From IMG/VR virus record IMGVR_UViG_3300045391_003788: a stretch of 64,000 nt of DNA, one strand, 5' to 3'. The position numbers and the translations under genes were made by a program. Shown one piece after another: positions 46,866 to 57,652 of this stretch (within the stretch, counting starts at the first letter, position 1; every line of letters starts with the position of its first letter). Under the pieces are notes generated by a model that had not been told where the DNA came from, ran no database searches, and saw nothing but the letters and a program-made list of their open reading frames with translations. This DNA comes from an uncultured virus (IMG/VR IMGVR_UViG_3300045391_003788). Taxonomy: Duplodnaviria > Heunggongvirae > Uroviricota > Caudoviricetes.

Positions 46866-49800
46866 TCAACTCATCTCGGGATCGACTTCGTAGAACGGGA
46901 TCGCCACCGTCCGTGCGCGCACGTCGGTCACCGAGTAGTCCCGCTTCGGCATGCGGACGTAGTAGATCTTCCCGGTCGGTGCCTGGATCACCATCGTCGT
47001 GGTGCGCGGCAGCACCGACAGCGCGGTGTCCACCTGCTCCGGGGTGACGTAGAGGGTGATCGTCCCGGTCCCGGCCTGCGACCCCTCGGTGTCGATCACC
47101 GGGTAGAACCGGCCGATCGGCCGCTGCACGCTGGTCGATTCCTCGTCGGACCGGTCGAACCCGATCACGTAGGCATTCATCTCGCCGACGTCGTCGGTCG
47201 GGTCCCGGATCGCCCACAGATCGGAGTGCACCTCGGTCACCGAGGTGGGGCTGACGGCCGACGACAGCACCGCACCGGTCCCCGGATCGACGTCCGTGTA
47301 GGCCCGGTACTGCACCAGGGTCTCGAATGGCATAAGCCGGTCCGAGGTGATCACTCGCTGGTAGAGGTCCGGCTTGACCCGGTCGATGATGGTGTTCCAC
47401 GTGGAACCACCGTCGTCGCTGCGCTCCACCCGCAGGGTCTGCGTGGTGGCGTACCCGCCCGCCTGGTAGGCGGTGTCCCGACCCGGATGCAGGCTCATCT
47501 TCGCCACATAGGCGATCTCTCCCGCCCCAGCGGTGGCCAGCACCTCGACCACCATCCGGCCCAGGACGGCCCCCGAGGGCGCCGTGGCGGTGACGAAGGC
47601 GTCCACATAGGCCGATGTGCTGGAGGTGATCTGCGAACCCACCGAGGTCGAAATCAGCGAGCCGGTGCCGTCGTCGTTGTCGTACCACCGGATCGAGATG
47701 CGGCAGGCCCGGATCACCGACGTCTTGAACGACGCCACGGCGGTGTAGTCGGTGTCCGCGATCACCGGGAACGACAGCGGCCGGGTGTTGGCCGGTTGGC
47801 CCACCGGCGCCGGAGGTGGGGCACCGACCGCCGTCCGGGCGCGCATGTCGCCCGATGCCAGCGACGTCATCTTCAGTGACGCAAGCAACTGGTTGGCGGA
47901 GTCGTCGACCTGCGCGACGATCGAACAGTTGCTGTCCGGATCCCAGTCGGTCTGCCCGTTCGCCTGCGTGGTGTTCAGGTAATTGCTTCTGGCCTGAATG
48001 TCCATGCGAATGCGCGGCACCCGGGTCGTGTAATCGATCTGATCCATGACCTGAACGAGCGGACCGGTCGGCGGCGTAATCGACACCGTGAAATCCGAAT
48101 AAGCCCAAATGGATTGCACGGCATTCGTGTCGGTGCATCGGACGTAAGCCCGGTACGACACGTTGTTGGTCAACGGGGTGCCGACCCGGGCGGAGCGCGC
48201 CACGGCGGAGCCGATCACCCCGGAGTCCCAGACCGCCGGACCAGGATCGTTCGGGTCGATCGTCACTCCGAACGTGGGCACGATCCGCACCTGGTAGTCC
48301 CGCTGGCCGGTGACCGAGGTGTACGTCCAGTTCACCAGCGGCGTCGACTCGCCGTACGCGATGCCGACCGGGGCGGTCACAGCGACCGACGGAGCGGTCG
48401 CGGCGGTGACGGTGCGACTGGTGGCGAACGGGGAGGTCGCGCCGGTGGCGCTCTTGGTGGACACCGACCAGGTGTAGGTGGTCCCGGTGGTCCACTTACC
48501 CGACCCGAATGTCGCCTGGGTCGGGGCCGCCGGGTCGGTGGTGTTGTAGACGATCGAACCGCCCCAGGTCTGCGAGGAGGCGTTCCAGTACTCGGTGGTC
48601 GGACCGCCGCCGTACACCCGGCGGAATGCCCACGCCTGCTGGGAGTCACCGGGCGAGACCGGGTTGTACGTCCACTTGAAGGTGGCACCGGACGCCAGGT
48701 CCTGAATGGCGCCGTTCGCCGGAGAGACCAGGGTGGGGGCGCTCGGGGACCGGGTGAGTGCCACCAATTGCTGAGAAAAGATGGTCTGCGTGGCCGAGGA
48801 GTTGCCGGTGCTCCACACCATGTCAACCGAGTCACGCGGCGGGTGCCGGACCAACTGCACATCGCCGTCTTCGTCGTTGGCTGTCCGGGTCACTGCCGTG
48901 GTCCACCCCGACCAGGTAGTGGTTGCCCGAGTGAACTTGTTCTGGATCAGGTTGCCGATCGTGTCGCCGTACACCACGAGGTACAGGTCGTCGGTGCTCG
49001 GGTCGATCGACAGCGAGATCCCGTTGATCTCCCCGGTACCACCGGGTACCGCGCCCGGGTTCCGGGCGGTCACGGTCGTGCCGGACGGGTCCCACTCGCT
49101 GACGTTGACCGTGGACGAACCGGTCGCCGCCCAGGCCGCCATCAGGTACTGGCCGTCGAAACAGGAGCACAGGGTGCCCTGATTGACCTCCACAGAGGCC
49201 GTGAACTGCACGGGAGTGCCCCAGGTCCATACCCCGCCCGAATAGGTCGCCTTGTGGCCGTACAGCGGCGCTGTGCCCGCCTGCCGGACGACGGTGAAGA
49301 ACACGTGCGGGGTCGCCGTGGCGGTCTTCCCGTCGCCGGTGTGGGCGAACTCCAGCGAGCCGTACTGGTAGGTGTTGTTTCCCAGGGTCGGACCGTGCTG
49401 GGTCGCGCCGACGCTGAGCGAGCCGGTCGAGGAGATGTTGACCTGCGCCACCTTGGCCCCGCCGTTGCCCTGGAGGTCGTAGGAGACCCAGGCCACCCAG
49501 CCGGTGCCGTTGCGGAAGGCCACCATGTCCGAGTCGACCCCGGTCCGCCCGCCCGCCGGGGAGATGGTCAAGGTGGTCCAGGACCAGCCGCCGCCCGAGC
49601 GCGGCACTCCACGCGCGTAGGTGACCGTCTGCGGGTCGGCCTGCCAGCGCACGAACGAGACGTGGGCGTAGCCGTCGCCGTCGATGAAGAAGCACGGCAC
49701 GGCGGTCTGCTGGCCGGACCCCAGCGACAGATCGTTCCCGGCGTTCGTGGTCCAGGTGCTACCGCCGTTGGTGGAAGCGAAGAACCGGATGCGCCCGGGG

Positions 49801-49916
49801 TTCCCGGCCTCGACGATGGCGGCCCACATCGTGCCGTCCGGGGCGATCTCCAGCCGCTTCTCCGGGGAGCCGGAAATGGCGTCCTGATGGTTGGACGTCG
49901 TGATCTGGGTGGCCAC
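46866..49916 (-). CDS. large minor tail protein (propeller/Ig-like/carbohydrate-binding-like domains)
   Basis: 1016 aa directly after the tape measure; Asp-box-like STNGGSTW and SDDGGSTW. Confidence 0.8.
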   Translation of the reverse strand: MATQITTSNHQDAISGSPEKRLEIAPDGTMWAAIVEAGNPGRIRFFASTNGGSTWTTNAGNDLSLGSGQQTAVPCFFIDGDGYAHVSFVRWQADPQTVTYARGVPRSGGGWSWTTLTISPAGGRTGVDSDMVAFRNGTGWVAWVSYDLQGNGGAKVAQVNISSTGSLSVGATQHGPTLGNNTYQYGSLEFAHTGDGKTATATPHVFFTVVRQAGTAPLYGHKATYSGGVWTWGTPVQFTASVEVNQGTLCSCFDGQYLMAAWAATGSSTVNVSEWDPSGTTVTARNPGAVPGGTGEINGISLSIDPSTDDLYLVVYGDTIGNLIQNKFTRATTTWSGWTTAVTRTANDEDGDVQLVRHPPRDSVDMVWSTGNSSATQTIFSQQLVALTRSPSAPTLVSPANGAIQDLASGATFKWTYNPVSPGDSQQAWAFRRVYGGGPTTEYWNASSQTWGGSIVYNTTDPAAPTQATFGSGKWTTGTTYTWSVSTKSATGATSPFATSRTVTAATAPSVAVTAPVGIAYGESTPLVNWTYTSVTGQRDYQVRIVPTFGVTIDPNDPGPAVWDSGVIGSAVARSARVGTPLTNNVSYRAYVRCTDTNAVQSIWAYSDFTVSITPPTGPLVQVMDQIDYTTRVPRIRMDIQARSNYLNTTQANGQTDWDPDSNCSIVAQVDDSANQLLASLKMTSLASGDMRARTAVGAPPPAPVGQPANTRPLSFPVIADTDYTAVASFKTSVIRACRISIRWYDNDDGTGSLISTSVGSQITSSTSAYVDAFVTATAPSGAVLGRMVVEVLATAGAGEIAYVAKMSLHPGRDTAYQAGGYATTQTLRVERSDDGGSTWNTIIDRVKPDLYQRVITSDRLMPFETLVQYRAYTDVDPGTGAVLSSAVSPTSVTEVHSDLWAIRDPTDDVGEMNAYVIGFDRSDEESTSVQRPIGRFYPVIDTEGSQAGTGTITLYVTPEQVDTALSVLPRTTTMVIQAPTGKIYYVRMPKRDYSVTDVRARTVAIPFYEVDPEMS

Positions 49917-49939
49917 CCGGAATCTCCTTTACAGCCCGG

Positions 49940-52900
49940 TCAGAGTCTTTGCAGGCGCATCAGAATCTGGCGGGCCAGATCGTCACCACCGGTTGCGACA
50001 ACACCCTGGACGGCATCCGCAGTTGCTCCGGCACCGACGCTCAATTGAACCGCGCCAGCCCCGACCTGGATGACGGTACTAGCGGAGTTGTTGCTGATTC
50101 GAGGAATCCCAGAACCGGTTGTCGGCAGCCCTCCGGAGATCAGTTGAGCCGACTTACCCATTGCCACCTCGACCTGCGGCATGGCGTCATAAATACCTTC
50201 GGCGAAGTTCTGCATCATGCGCTGGCCGCGCAGCAGGGTGTAACCCTTGCCGGACAGCGGACCCCATTCGGCGGGCGAACCCGGCAGGCCACCGGCGGCG
50301 GCACCGACCACACTGGCGACCGCCGAGACCACGGAGCCGACCCGAGAGGCGATACCGGCGGCGAAGCCCTCGACCAATGCGGCCCCGGCGGACACGAATC
50401 GGCCCACCGCGCCGCTGATGGCGGCCACCGCCTGGGCGATCATGTTGTTGATCGCGCCGACGATGGAGCCGATCGCCCCGGTCACAGCGGCGGTGAACCT
50501 CGGCCAGATCCCCGTCCAGTTGGTCAACATCTGTTGGGTTCCGGTGGCAATCGTCGCCTCCGCCCGGGCGATGAAGGTTCCGATGTTGGCGACGATGTTG
50601 GACCAGGTGGTAATCAGGAATGTGAGGATTGCATTCCAGATGGCATTCCATCCGGACTGAATGGCAGCCAGTCCGGTGGCGATAATCGAACCGGTTTGGG
50701 TGACGTGCCCCTGGGTGTCCCCGACAATTCCAGTCCAGATGGTGTTCAGAAATGTTCGGATGGCGTTCCAGGTGTCGGTGAAGATTGCCTGGAAACCGGT
50801 GAGCCCGGCCTGAATAATTGCGCCGATTACGGCCAGTTGGGTCGTCACGAACGGACCGAGAGCCGACCAGAATGCTTCCCAAATAGTTCTCAGTACAGCC
50901 ACACCGGCCGCAAGCAGAGTATTCAGGATGGACATATTTCCGGCAACGGCTGCCTGAATGATGGCAAATGCTGACGTCACCGGCGGAATGAGCAGTTGCC
51001 ATTGGGTCTGCCAAATGGCGATCAGTCCGGCACCGGAGTTCGTGAAGATCGCGGTGAGCCCGTTGAAGCCGTTGGTGACCGCCGTGGTGACGTTGTCCCA
51101 GGAAATGCCGGTCTGAGCCTCGACACCGAGCCAGATCGTGGTCCATGCCGAATTGATCGCCGCGCCGACCACCGCCAGGATGCCGACAAAGATCTGAGTC
51201 AGGCCCTGGCCCCAGGTCGCGAGCCAACTGACCCAGTCCGTGAAGATCTTCTTGACGCCCTCCCAGACCAGCGTCCAGTCGCCAGCGAGCAAGCCGACGA
51301 AGATCTCGACCAGGGCGCGAATCTGTGCGAGACCGCCGCTGACAATGCCCTGGATGATCGTCCAGACGCCGGAAAGAATGGTCGACAGGCCGGGCCAAAC
51401 CGTATTCCAGATGTCCTGGATGGCCAGCAGGCCGAGTTGGAACGCGCCGACCAACGTCGTGATGGCGCCTTCGACGTTGGTGAAAATGTTCTGGATATCC
51501 GTGGAAATCTGCTGGCCGTCGGACGCCCACCAGTCGCGGAACTTCTGGACCTCTTGCAGGGCGAATTGCCAGACCTGCTGGAATCCCGGGCCGAAGGTGG
51601 TGACCAGCCAGTTCGCAACGTCCTGGGCCCGCTGCCAGAAGTCCTGGAGGAATTGAACGATCTGCGGCCAGACCTGCTGGGCCAGGGAGACGATGTTGTT
51701 CCAGGCGTCGGTGACCAGCCGTCGAAAGGTCTCCGAATTCTGCCAGGCGAGAATGAAGGCGCCGACCAGCAGGGCGATCAGACCGAGCACGATGCCGACC
51801 GGTCCGGCCAGCGCCGTGAGCACCGGGCCAAGTTCCTGGAACGTCTTGAAGAAGGTCAGAAGCGGACCGAGGACATTCAGCAGAACGCCCAGAATGCCAC
51901 CGATAGCCAATGCGATGGACAGCAAGTTCGGACTGGTGTCATTCAACTTGACGATGAAGTCGAAGACCGCCTTCAGGGCGGGCACCAACTTCTCGCCGAT
52001 GGGGGCGGCGGCCTCGACGATGGCCAGAAGCGCATCCCAGAACGATCGCAGCAGCCCCATGACGTTCGGCAGGTTGTCCTGGACGTACTGAATGAAGGCC
52101 TTGAATCCGGCGTTCTGGGAGAGCGTGGTGCCCCAGGTCTTGAACTTCTCGGTCAACTTGACCAGGCCGTCACCGAACGAGATGGAGAACGGCATGAAGG
52201 CGTCCAGGACGCCCGCCAATCCCTCGATGATGTTTCCGGTGGCCTGAAGGAATTGCTTCGCGCTGGTCGCGGCGAACCTGTCGATGTCGGAGAAGAACTG
52301 CGACCAGAAGGGCCCCTGAAGCGCCCGGATGGCGTTTCGCTCCAGGTCCAGGAGGACATCTGCAACGCCCTGGAGGACGCCCTTGGTTCGGGGCAGGTTG
52401 TCAATCAGGAACTGGAGGCCCTCCTTGACCATCGTGAACTGGGTGTTCGCGATAGAAGAAGCAACCTGCTTCCAGACCTCACGGAAATCCATGATGGTTC
52501 CGAGAACCTGGCGCTGCACCGGGTCAAGGGCCTGGTAGGCCTCCTTCATCTTCTGAAGGGCGTCCTCCTTGTCCTTGCTGGTCACCGCCTTCGCGTATTC
52601 GTCCTCAGCCTTGATGATCTTGTCGTATTCCAACTTGATCGGGTGGAAGTTCGTGACGAATGCCGCCGCGAACAGTCCGACCCCGGTGGTCCCGGCGGTC
52701 AGGGCAGCGCCGATCGTGCCGATGCCACCCGCCGCCACGGCGCCTGCGGTCACGGCGACCGGACCCAGCCCGAGGATGGCGGTAGCCAGCAGGCTGACCT
52801 GGTTGGAGGCCCGCAGGGCGACCTGGGTGAGGGAGTCCAGGTCACGCCAGGCCGACCGATCCTTGTCCACCTCGACGGTGACCGTCTCGTCGGGGATGGC

Positions 52901-53344
52901 CTTCAGGGCCGCCTCCAGGGCGGCCAGGTGCGCCAGTCCGGCGCCGATGTCGACATCTACCGCGACGTTGGCGTTCTGAAGGGAGAGCAGGATCGAGCGG
53001 AAGATCTGGATCTGGGCCAGCGCCTTGCCGGTGTCCACGTCGACCCCGACCGCGATCTTCTTGGTCAGCGCGTCCAGGGCGGCTCGCAACTGGACGATAT
53101 GCGCCTCGGCGGCGCCGCTGTCGATGTCGACCGGGACCTTGATGTCCTCGGCGTCGACTTCCTTCATCTTGGTTTCGAGGTCGTCGAGTTCGGCGATGAC
53201 CTCGGCGAAGTTCGTCTCGACGTGCGCGTCGGCTGTTTCCGCCCCCAGCCGACGCAGCCGCTCGTCCAGCCGGTCCAGTTCGGCCATCGCCTCGGTGACG
53301 CCAGTGATTTCGACGTCGACACTGAGTTCTGCGACCGTGGGCAC
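49940..53344 (-). CDS. tape measure protein
   Basis: 1134 aa helical protein with periodic W/F repeats, after the chaperone genes. Confidence 0.93.
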   Translation of the reverse strand: MPTVAELSVDVEITGVTEAMAELDRLDERLRRLGAETADAHVETNFAEVIAELDDLETKMKEVDAEDIKVPVDIDSGAAEAHIVQLRAALDALTKKIAVGVDVDTGKALAQIQIFRSILLSLQNANVAVDVDIGAGLAHLAALEAALKAIPDETVTVEVDKDRSAWRDLDSLTQVALRASNQVSLLATAILGLGPVAVTAGAVAAGGIGTIGAALTAGTTGVGLFAAAFVTNFHPIKLEYDKIIKAEDEYAKAVTSKDKEDALQKMKEAYQALDPVQRQVLGTIMDFREVWKQVASSIANTQFTMVKEGLQFLIDNLPRTKGVLQGVADVLLDLERNAIRALQGPFWSQFFSDIDRFAATSAKQFLQATGNIIEGLAGVLDAFMPFSISFGDGLVKLTEKFKTWGTTLSQNAGFKAFIQYVQDNLPNVMGLLRSFWDALLAIVEAAAPIGEKLVPALKAVFDFIVKLNDTSPNLLSIALAIGGILGVLLNVLGPLLTFFKTFQELGPVLTALAGPVGIVLGLIALLVGAFILAWQNSETFRRLVTDAWNNIVSLAQQVWPQIVQFLQDFWQRAQDVANWLVTTFGPGFQQVWQFALQEVQKFRDWWASDGQQISTDIQNIFTNVEGAITTLVGAFQLGLLAIQDIWNTVWPGLSTILSGVWTIIQGIVSGGLAQIRALVEIFVGLLAGDWTLVWEGVKKIFTDWVSWLATWGQGLTQIFVGILAVVGAAINSAWTTIWLGVEAQTGISWDNVTTAVTNGFNGLTAIFTNSGAGLIAIWQTQWQLLIPPVTSAFAIIQAAVAGNMSILNTLLAAGVAVLRTIWEAFWSALGPFVTTQLAVIGAIIQAGLTGFQAIFTDTWNAIRTFLNTIWTGIVGDTQGHVTQTGSIIATGLAAIQSGWNAIWNAILTFLITTWSNIVANIGTFIARAEATIATGTQQMLTNWTGIWPRFTAAVTGAIGSIVGAINNMIAQAVAAISGAVGRFVSAGAALVEGFAAGIASRVGSVVSAVASVVGAAAGGLPGSPAEWGPLSGKGYTLLRGQRMMQNFAEGIYDAMPQVEVAMGKSAQLISGGLPTTGSGIPRISNNSASTVIQVGAGAVQLSVGAGATADAVQGVVATGGDDLARQILMRLQRL

Positions 53345-53366
53345 CGGCGCGATCCGCCTTTACTTT

Positions 53367-53908
53367 TTAGGGCTTTGGTTTATTCCGGCGGTTTTGCTCA
53401 TCCTGCTCGGCCTTCATGGCGGCCAAACCAATTCTCATCCACCACACCGGCTTTTGTGCCAGGTCCCATGGTGGCACGCGCAGGTAACGCGATGCCTGAA
53501 TCAGTCCCCACCATTCCGGCGGCTCACCCATTTCACCCTCGGTCGCGAGCCAACGACCGAGGGATCTCATTCCCCCGCTTCCTGGTCCTCGTTCACGGCC
53601 TTGATGATGTGGGTGAGCAGACGCACCGGGACCTTGCTGGCAATCGGATCGTTCGCCAGGTCGGCCGGGTCGACCGGAGCGTCCAGCGGGATGTCCTCGC
53701 CGTCGGAGTCCTTCAAATCCCAGGTCACGATGATGTCGCGGATCATCCGGGCGATCCGACCGGCGTCCTTGCGCGCCTCGGCGGTGAGCGCGGAGATCTG
53801 GGCGATGGTCATAGAACTGGGTCGGTACCGGACGTTGAGAACGGCACCCCCAGGAAACGAGATGGCCAGGTCCTTTTCCCCGGACGAAAGGGCTTCGTCA
53901 ATGCGCAT
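53367..53908 (-). CDS. tail assembly chaperones (53567-53908 plus -1 frame extension to 53367)
   Basis: Two overlapping ORFs between the major tail and tape measure genes; slippery GGGGGAA at 53570-53576. Confidence 0.8.
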
Positions 53909-53954
53909 GGGCCGAAGTCTGTCATAGCGAATGCAGCGAACGGGGCAAAATGCA

Positions 53955-53999
53955 GAACGGAGCATTCCCACCCGCGCACCAGATGGGAATGCTCCGTTC
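53955..53999. terminator. hairpin after the major tail gene
   Basis: GAACGGAGCATTCCCA / TGGGAATGCTCCGTTC. Confidence 0.75.
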
Positions 54000-54011
54000 G
54001 CTCGTATCGGA

Positions 54012-55016
54012 CTAGAGCGCTGAGGTGGTGGTGACGACCTTCACCTGGAATGCCTTGCCCCAGGTGGTGTCGTGCACCGCCGAGAAGTCCCAGGTAATGG
54101 CGTAGACGCCGTCCTGGTCCTCGAAGGGCTCGATGTCCGAAATCATCCCGGCCATGTCGATGGTGAACTTGTGATTCACCGTGATACCGCCGGTGTAGAG
54201 GGCCGGGCCGACCGCCTCCAGCCGCATGAACTTGATCGTGCCGTTGCGCATCGCGGTGAGGTTGGCCATCGCCGCCGCGTCCGCCATCTGCATGATCGAG
54301 AACTCGACCTTGGGCTCGATCTCGATCGTGTTGACGAACGACGACTGTGCCGCGTCCACGACCCACAGCGGGCCGAACCGGTCGGCGATCTTGATGTCAC
54401 CCTTCAGGGCGCGGGTCAACTTGGTGGTGCCCAGGCCCGCCGCCGTGTCGTCCAGGTAGACCGAGAACTGGGTCGGCCGGACCGGGATCTGCGCCAGCGA
54501 GGTCGGCGAGGCGGTCATCGTGATGCCGTCCTGGATCGCCGTGCCGAGCAGAGTGCCGCCGATCTTGCACTCCTCGCGCGACCAGTCCATCGACCACTCG
54601 GTGATGATCCCGTTGGTGACCTTGTGAGCCCGGACCGAGGAGCCCTGCTCCAGGGTGTAGGTCTTCGGAGTGTCCGCGTTGAAGGTGTTCGAGTCGAACG
54701 TCCAGGTGTAGCCACCGGACGGCGTGCCACCGTCCATGACCTGAACCACCGACGTGGCGGTGCTCATCAGCGACGAGAAGATGTACGGCAGTTCGGTGTA
54801 GACCGGCCAGCCCTCGATCTCGGCCTCGGACCATTCCTTACCGACAACGGCAAGAGTCGGGTACTTCTGGCCAATCGGCAGCACCATGTTCGACTCGACC
54901 TTGGGGCCGATCGAGAAGCCGATGCTGGCCAACTTCTTGTTGGCGGCGACCGACGTGCCCGGAGTGGTCTCGACGCCGATCTGCACTGTCTGGCTAATAG
55001 TGCTGCGCTCCGCCAC
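54012..55016 (-). CDS. major tail tube protein
   Basis: Position; N-terminal QIGVETTPGT pattern. Confidence 0.85.
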   Translation of the reverse strand: MAERSTISQTVQIGVETTPGTSVAANKKLASIGFSIGPKVESNMVLPIGQKYPTLAVVGKEWSEAEIEGWPVYTELPYIFSSLMSTATSVVQVMDGGTPSGGYTWTFDSNTFNADTPKTYTLEQGSSVRAHKVTNGIITEWSMDWSREECKIGGTLLGTAIQDGITMTASPTSLAQIPVRPTQFSVYLDDTAAGLGTTKLTRALKGDIKIADRFGPLWVVDAAQSSFVNTIEIEPKVEFSIMQMADAAAMANLTAMRNGTIKFMRLEAVGPALYTGGITVNHKFTIDMAGMISDIEPFEDQDGVYAITWDFSAVHDTTWGKAFQVKVVTTTSAL

Positions 55017-55193
55017 GGCGGGGCTCCTTCCACGACGGAATGATTCGTCATGGAGTTTCTCAATTCGAGTTCACCGGACGACCTCTTGCGCAGCCGGTTA
55101 CAATCCCTCGCCGCTTCACGGGCTTTCCAGGCTCGCTGAGTATCCTTCGCCCGGAATGGTGTTTCAATCGCCCCGATTGAGGAGACCGTACCG

Positions 55194-56474
55194 GTGGACG
55201 AATACACCTGGGCTGCGAAGCGCGTTTCTGATGGGCAATCCGTGCAATTGCGCATGGGGCTGGAATTGCTCGCCACTCCCCTCACCGATCCACCGGTCGA
55301 TCCGCCGACTCCGCCCGTCGACACCGTTCTGGTGCCCGAGGGAACGAACGCCGTGAAACTCGGCGCGACGGTACTGAAGGTCGACCATGTCAACCCGACG
55401 TCGACCGACTTCCCCGGCGGGCGTGGTACCAACGAACTGGTGATCTACACCCCGGCCATCGGGCCGGTGACCAGGACCAATCAGTACGGCGTCGAGGTCG
55501 TCGTGGGATCCGACTCGCTGGTCCACTCGATCAGCGACCGGGAGTCGTACGGCAAGGTGGACGGCACCGCCGTCCCGGTCGACGGGTATGTCATCAGCGG
55601 TCACGGAACAGCCGGAGAGGCGCTTCTCGCCGCCGCCACGGTCGGCGGCCCGGCGCTCGCCTACAAGGCCACCGAGATGCCGCCGGGGCCCCAACTGCCG
55701 CCGTCCGGGAACGTCACCCGGGAGTCCAACATCGCGGTCTGGGTGATGATGTGGCCCAACTCCCCGAAGGCCACCCCGCTGGACCAGATGCCCGCCTCGG
55801 TCGACGAGATCCGGGTGTCGTTTGCGATCAACGACGGGCAACTCGTCGGCGACGGCCCGTACGGGTTCGCCGAATTCCAGCGCCAGTGCAAGGGCTTCCT
55901 GTCCGCCCGGAGCGGGAGATTCATTTCCATCGCGGTCGGCGGCGGCGGCTACACCATTTCCATTCCGTCGGTCGATGCCTACATCAAGAACATCAAAGCA
56001 ATCGAGATGAGGTATGGGTTCACCTTCGGCGGCATTAACTGGGACTGGGAGTCCTCGGACTTCAAAAAGAATGCCACCAATTGCGTCGCGGTGAGCCGGG
56101 CATTCAGGGCGGAGCGGCCGAACTTCTACGTCTCGTGGTCGCCGAACGGCACCTTCAAAGGCGACTACGCGGCGGTATGTCAGGCGAACCCTGACGTCGT
56201 GGACGAACTCGGATTCCAGAACTACGACACCCCGGTCGACTACAAGACGGCCACCGACGTCATCGACCTACTCCAGGGCACGTCCCTGAAGCCCGCCCAG
56301 ATGGGCGCCGCCATGATGATCGGCGCAGGCGCGAACTACTGGACCTTGCAGACCTGCATCAACAACGCGGCCCGACTGCGGGCCGACAAGGGCATCCGCA
56401 AGGTCGCCCTGTGGGAAGGTGGCAACTCCGAGGCCACCGCGTGGTACGCCGCCATGCAGAAGATCGTCCGCTGA
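55194..56474 (+). CDS. GH18 chitinase-like glycoside hydrolase with N-terminal accessory domain
   Basis: ISIAVGG and FGGINWDWE motifs, FQNYD, C-terminal LWE; Pro-rich linkers. Confidence 0.75.
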   Translation: MDEYTWAAKRVSDGQSVQLRMGLELLATPLTDPPVDPPTPPVDTVLVPEGTNAVKLGATVLKVDHVNPTSTDFPGGRGTNELVIYTPAIGPVTRTNQYGVEVVVGSDSLVHSISDRESYGKVDGTAVPVDGYVISGHGTAGEALLAAATVGGPALAYKATEMPPGPQLPPSGNVTRESNIAVWVMMWPNSPKATPLDQMPASVDEIRVSFAINDGQLVGDGPYGFAEFQRQCKGFLSARSGRFISIAVGGGGYTISIPSVDAYIKNIKAIEMRYGFTFGGINWDWESSDFKKNATNCVAVSRAFRAERPNFYVSWSPNGTFKGDYAAVCQANPDVVDELGFQNYDTPVDYKTATDVIDLLQGTSLKPAQMGAAMMIGAGANYWTLQTCINNAARLRADKGIRKVALWEGGNSEATAWYAAMQKIVR

Positions 56475-56492
56475 GGCAACAGCGGACATAGT

Positions 56493-56817
56493 GAACGCCC
56501 CCCGGTGTCGGCCCGGTCTCGGAGGACAGGGACCGGGGGGCGTTCGCGCGCCAGCCTACCCCTGGAAGTGGATGCGCACCTGACGGCGGATCTCCTGGTC
56601 GGTGCCCCAGTACGACGTCCAGCGCGGCAACCGCCCCGCCGGGTGCCAGGACACCTGGACCCAGCCGCAGCGGCAGAACCGCCAGTGGAACGCCCCGGTC
56701 GTGGCGTGGGCGCGAGCGTGATGGATGTGCATGCGACCCCCTGGGCATCCCCAGCCGAACGAACGCCCCCGTAGCCATCCGGGGCTTCGGTTCCGAATGG
56801 TACGGGGGCGTTCGCGT
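56493..56817. terminator. pair of related hairpins GAACGCCCCC...GGGGGCGTTCGCG
   Basis: At 56493-56548 and 56761-56817, between convergent genes. Confidence 0.65.
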
Positions 56818-56861
56818 CGGAGAAGGCCACTCCTTCGACGTGCCGTGAGACTACCCCACTG

Positions 56862-57302
56862 CTAGTCCCGCGAGCATCGGATCCGGTAGGACCCGCCGAG
56901 GTGGCGGTACACGAGACCCTCGTGCACCTCAGTGCGCTGAAGGATGGACTCCCGGACGCAGGTTAGCGACCCACCGCCGACGAAGGTGTACACAGTCTTG
57001 TGGATGAGGCTGTGGATACGGGCCGCCAGCGGCTGGACCACTCCGAACGAGTCGCCGACCTGGATCGCCTCGACGTCGTAGAGCGAGTTCGTGTCGATGA
57101 TCGTGCCGTCGGTGGTGGTGACGTCCCGGCTGACCACACACTGGAAATGGATCTTCGGGAGGGTCAGCGCGGGCGTGATCGGGCCGACCGTGTTCTCGAT
57201 CCGGCCGGTCGCACCGAGCAGTGAGGTGATCGTCCCATCACCGGACAGCACGCCGTACAACCAGGCGTCGACCAGTTCGGTCGTCTCGATCTGGGCGGTC
57301 AT
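56862..57302 (-). CDS. tail terminator
   Basis: Position after the HK97 gp10-like gene; size 146 aa. Confidence 0.7.
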   Translation of the reverse strand: MTAQIETTELVDAWLYGVLSGDGTITSLLGATGRIENTVGPITPALTLPKIHFQCVVSRDVTTTDGTIIDTNSLYDVEAIQVGDSFGVVQPLAARIHSLIHKTVYTFVGGGSLTCVRESILQRTEVHEGLVYRHLGGSYRIRCSRD

Positions 57303-57652
57303 ACCCGGCTCGCTCTCTTCAGGGCGTCCTCGACGTAGCGGGCGAAGATCGGCTCGAACGTGAAGGCCCCGGGTCGGACCACCGGACGGGCCCCCTGGTG
57401 CACGGTGCCGAACTCCTGGAAGCCGGAGTAGAAGCCCTCGCCGCCGACCCAGCCCACGGTGACCTGAATCTTCCAGTCGCCGGTGTCATGCCAGTCCACG
57501 GAGTCGGCGATAAATCCCAGCCGCTTCCAGACCGTGGCCCGGTAGTAGTCGACCAGGTCATCTCCGGCATTCCGCAGGGAATCGTCGAGTTCCTTTTCCA
57601 TGGCCTCGCGGACCTTGGGAACCTTGTTCGAGATGACCCGGATGCCGCTCAT
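57299..57652 (-). CDS. HK97 gp10-like neck protein
   Basis: FYSGFQEFGTVHQGARPVVRP motif. Confidence 0.85.
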   Translation of the reverse strand: MSGIRVISNKVPKVREAMEKELDDSLRNAGDDLVDYYRATVWKRLGFIADSVDWHDTGDWKIQVTVGWVGGEGFYSGFQEFGTVHQGARPVVRPGAFTFEPIFARYVEDALKRASRV

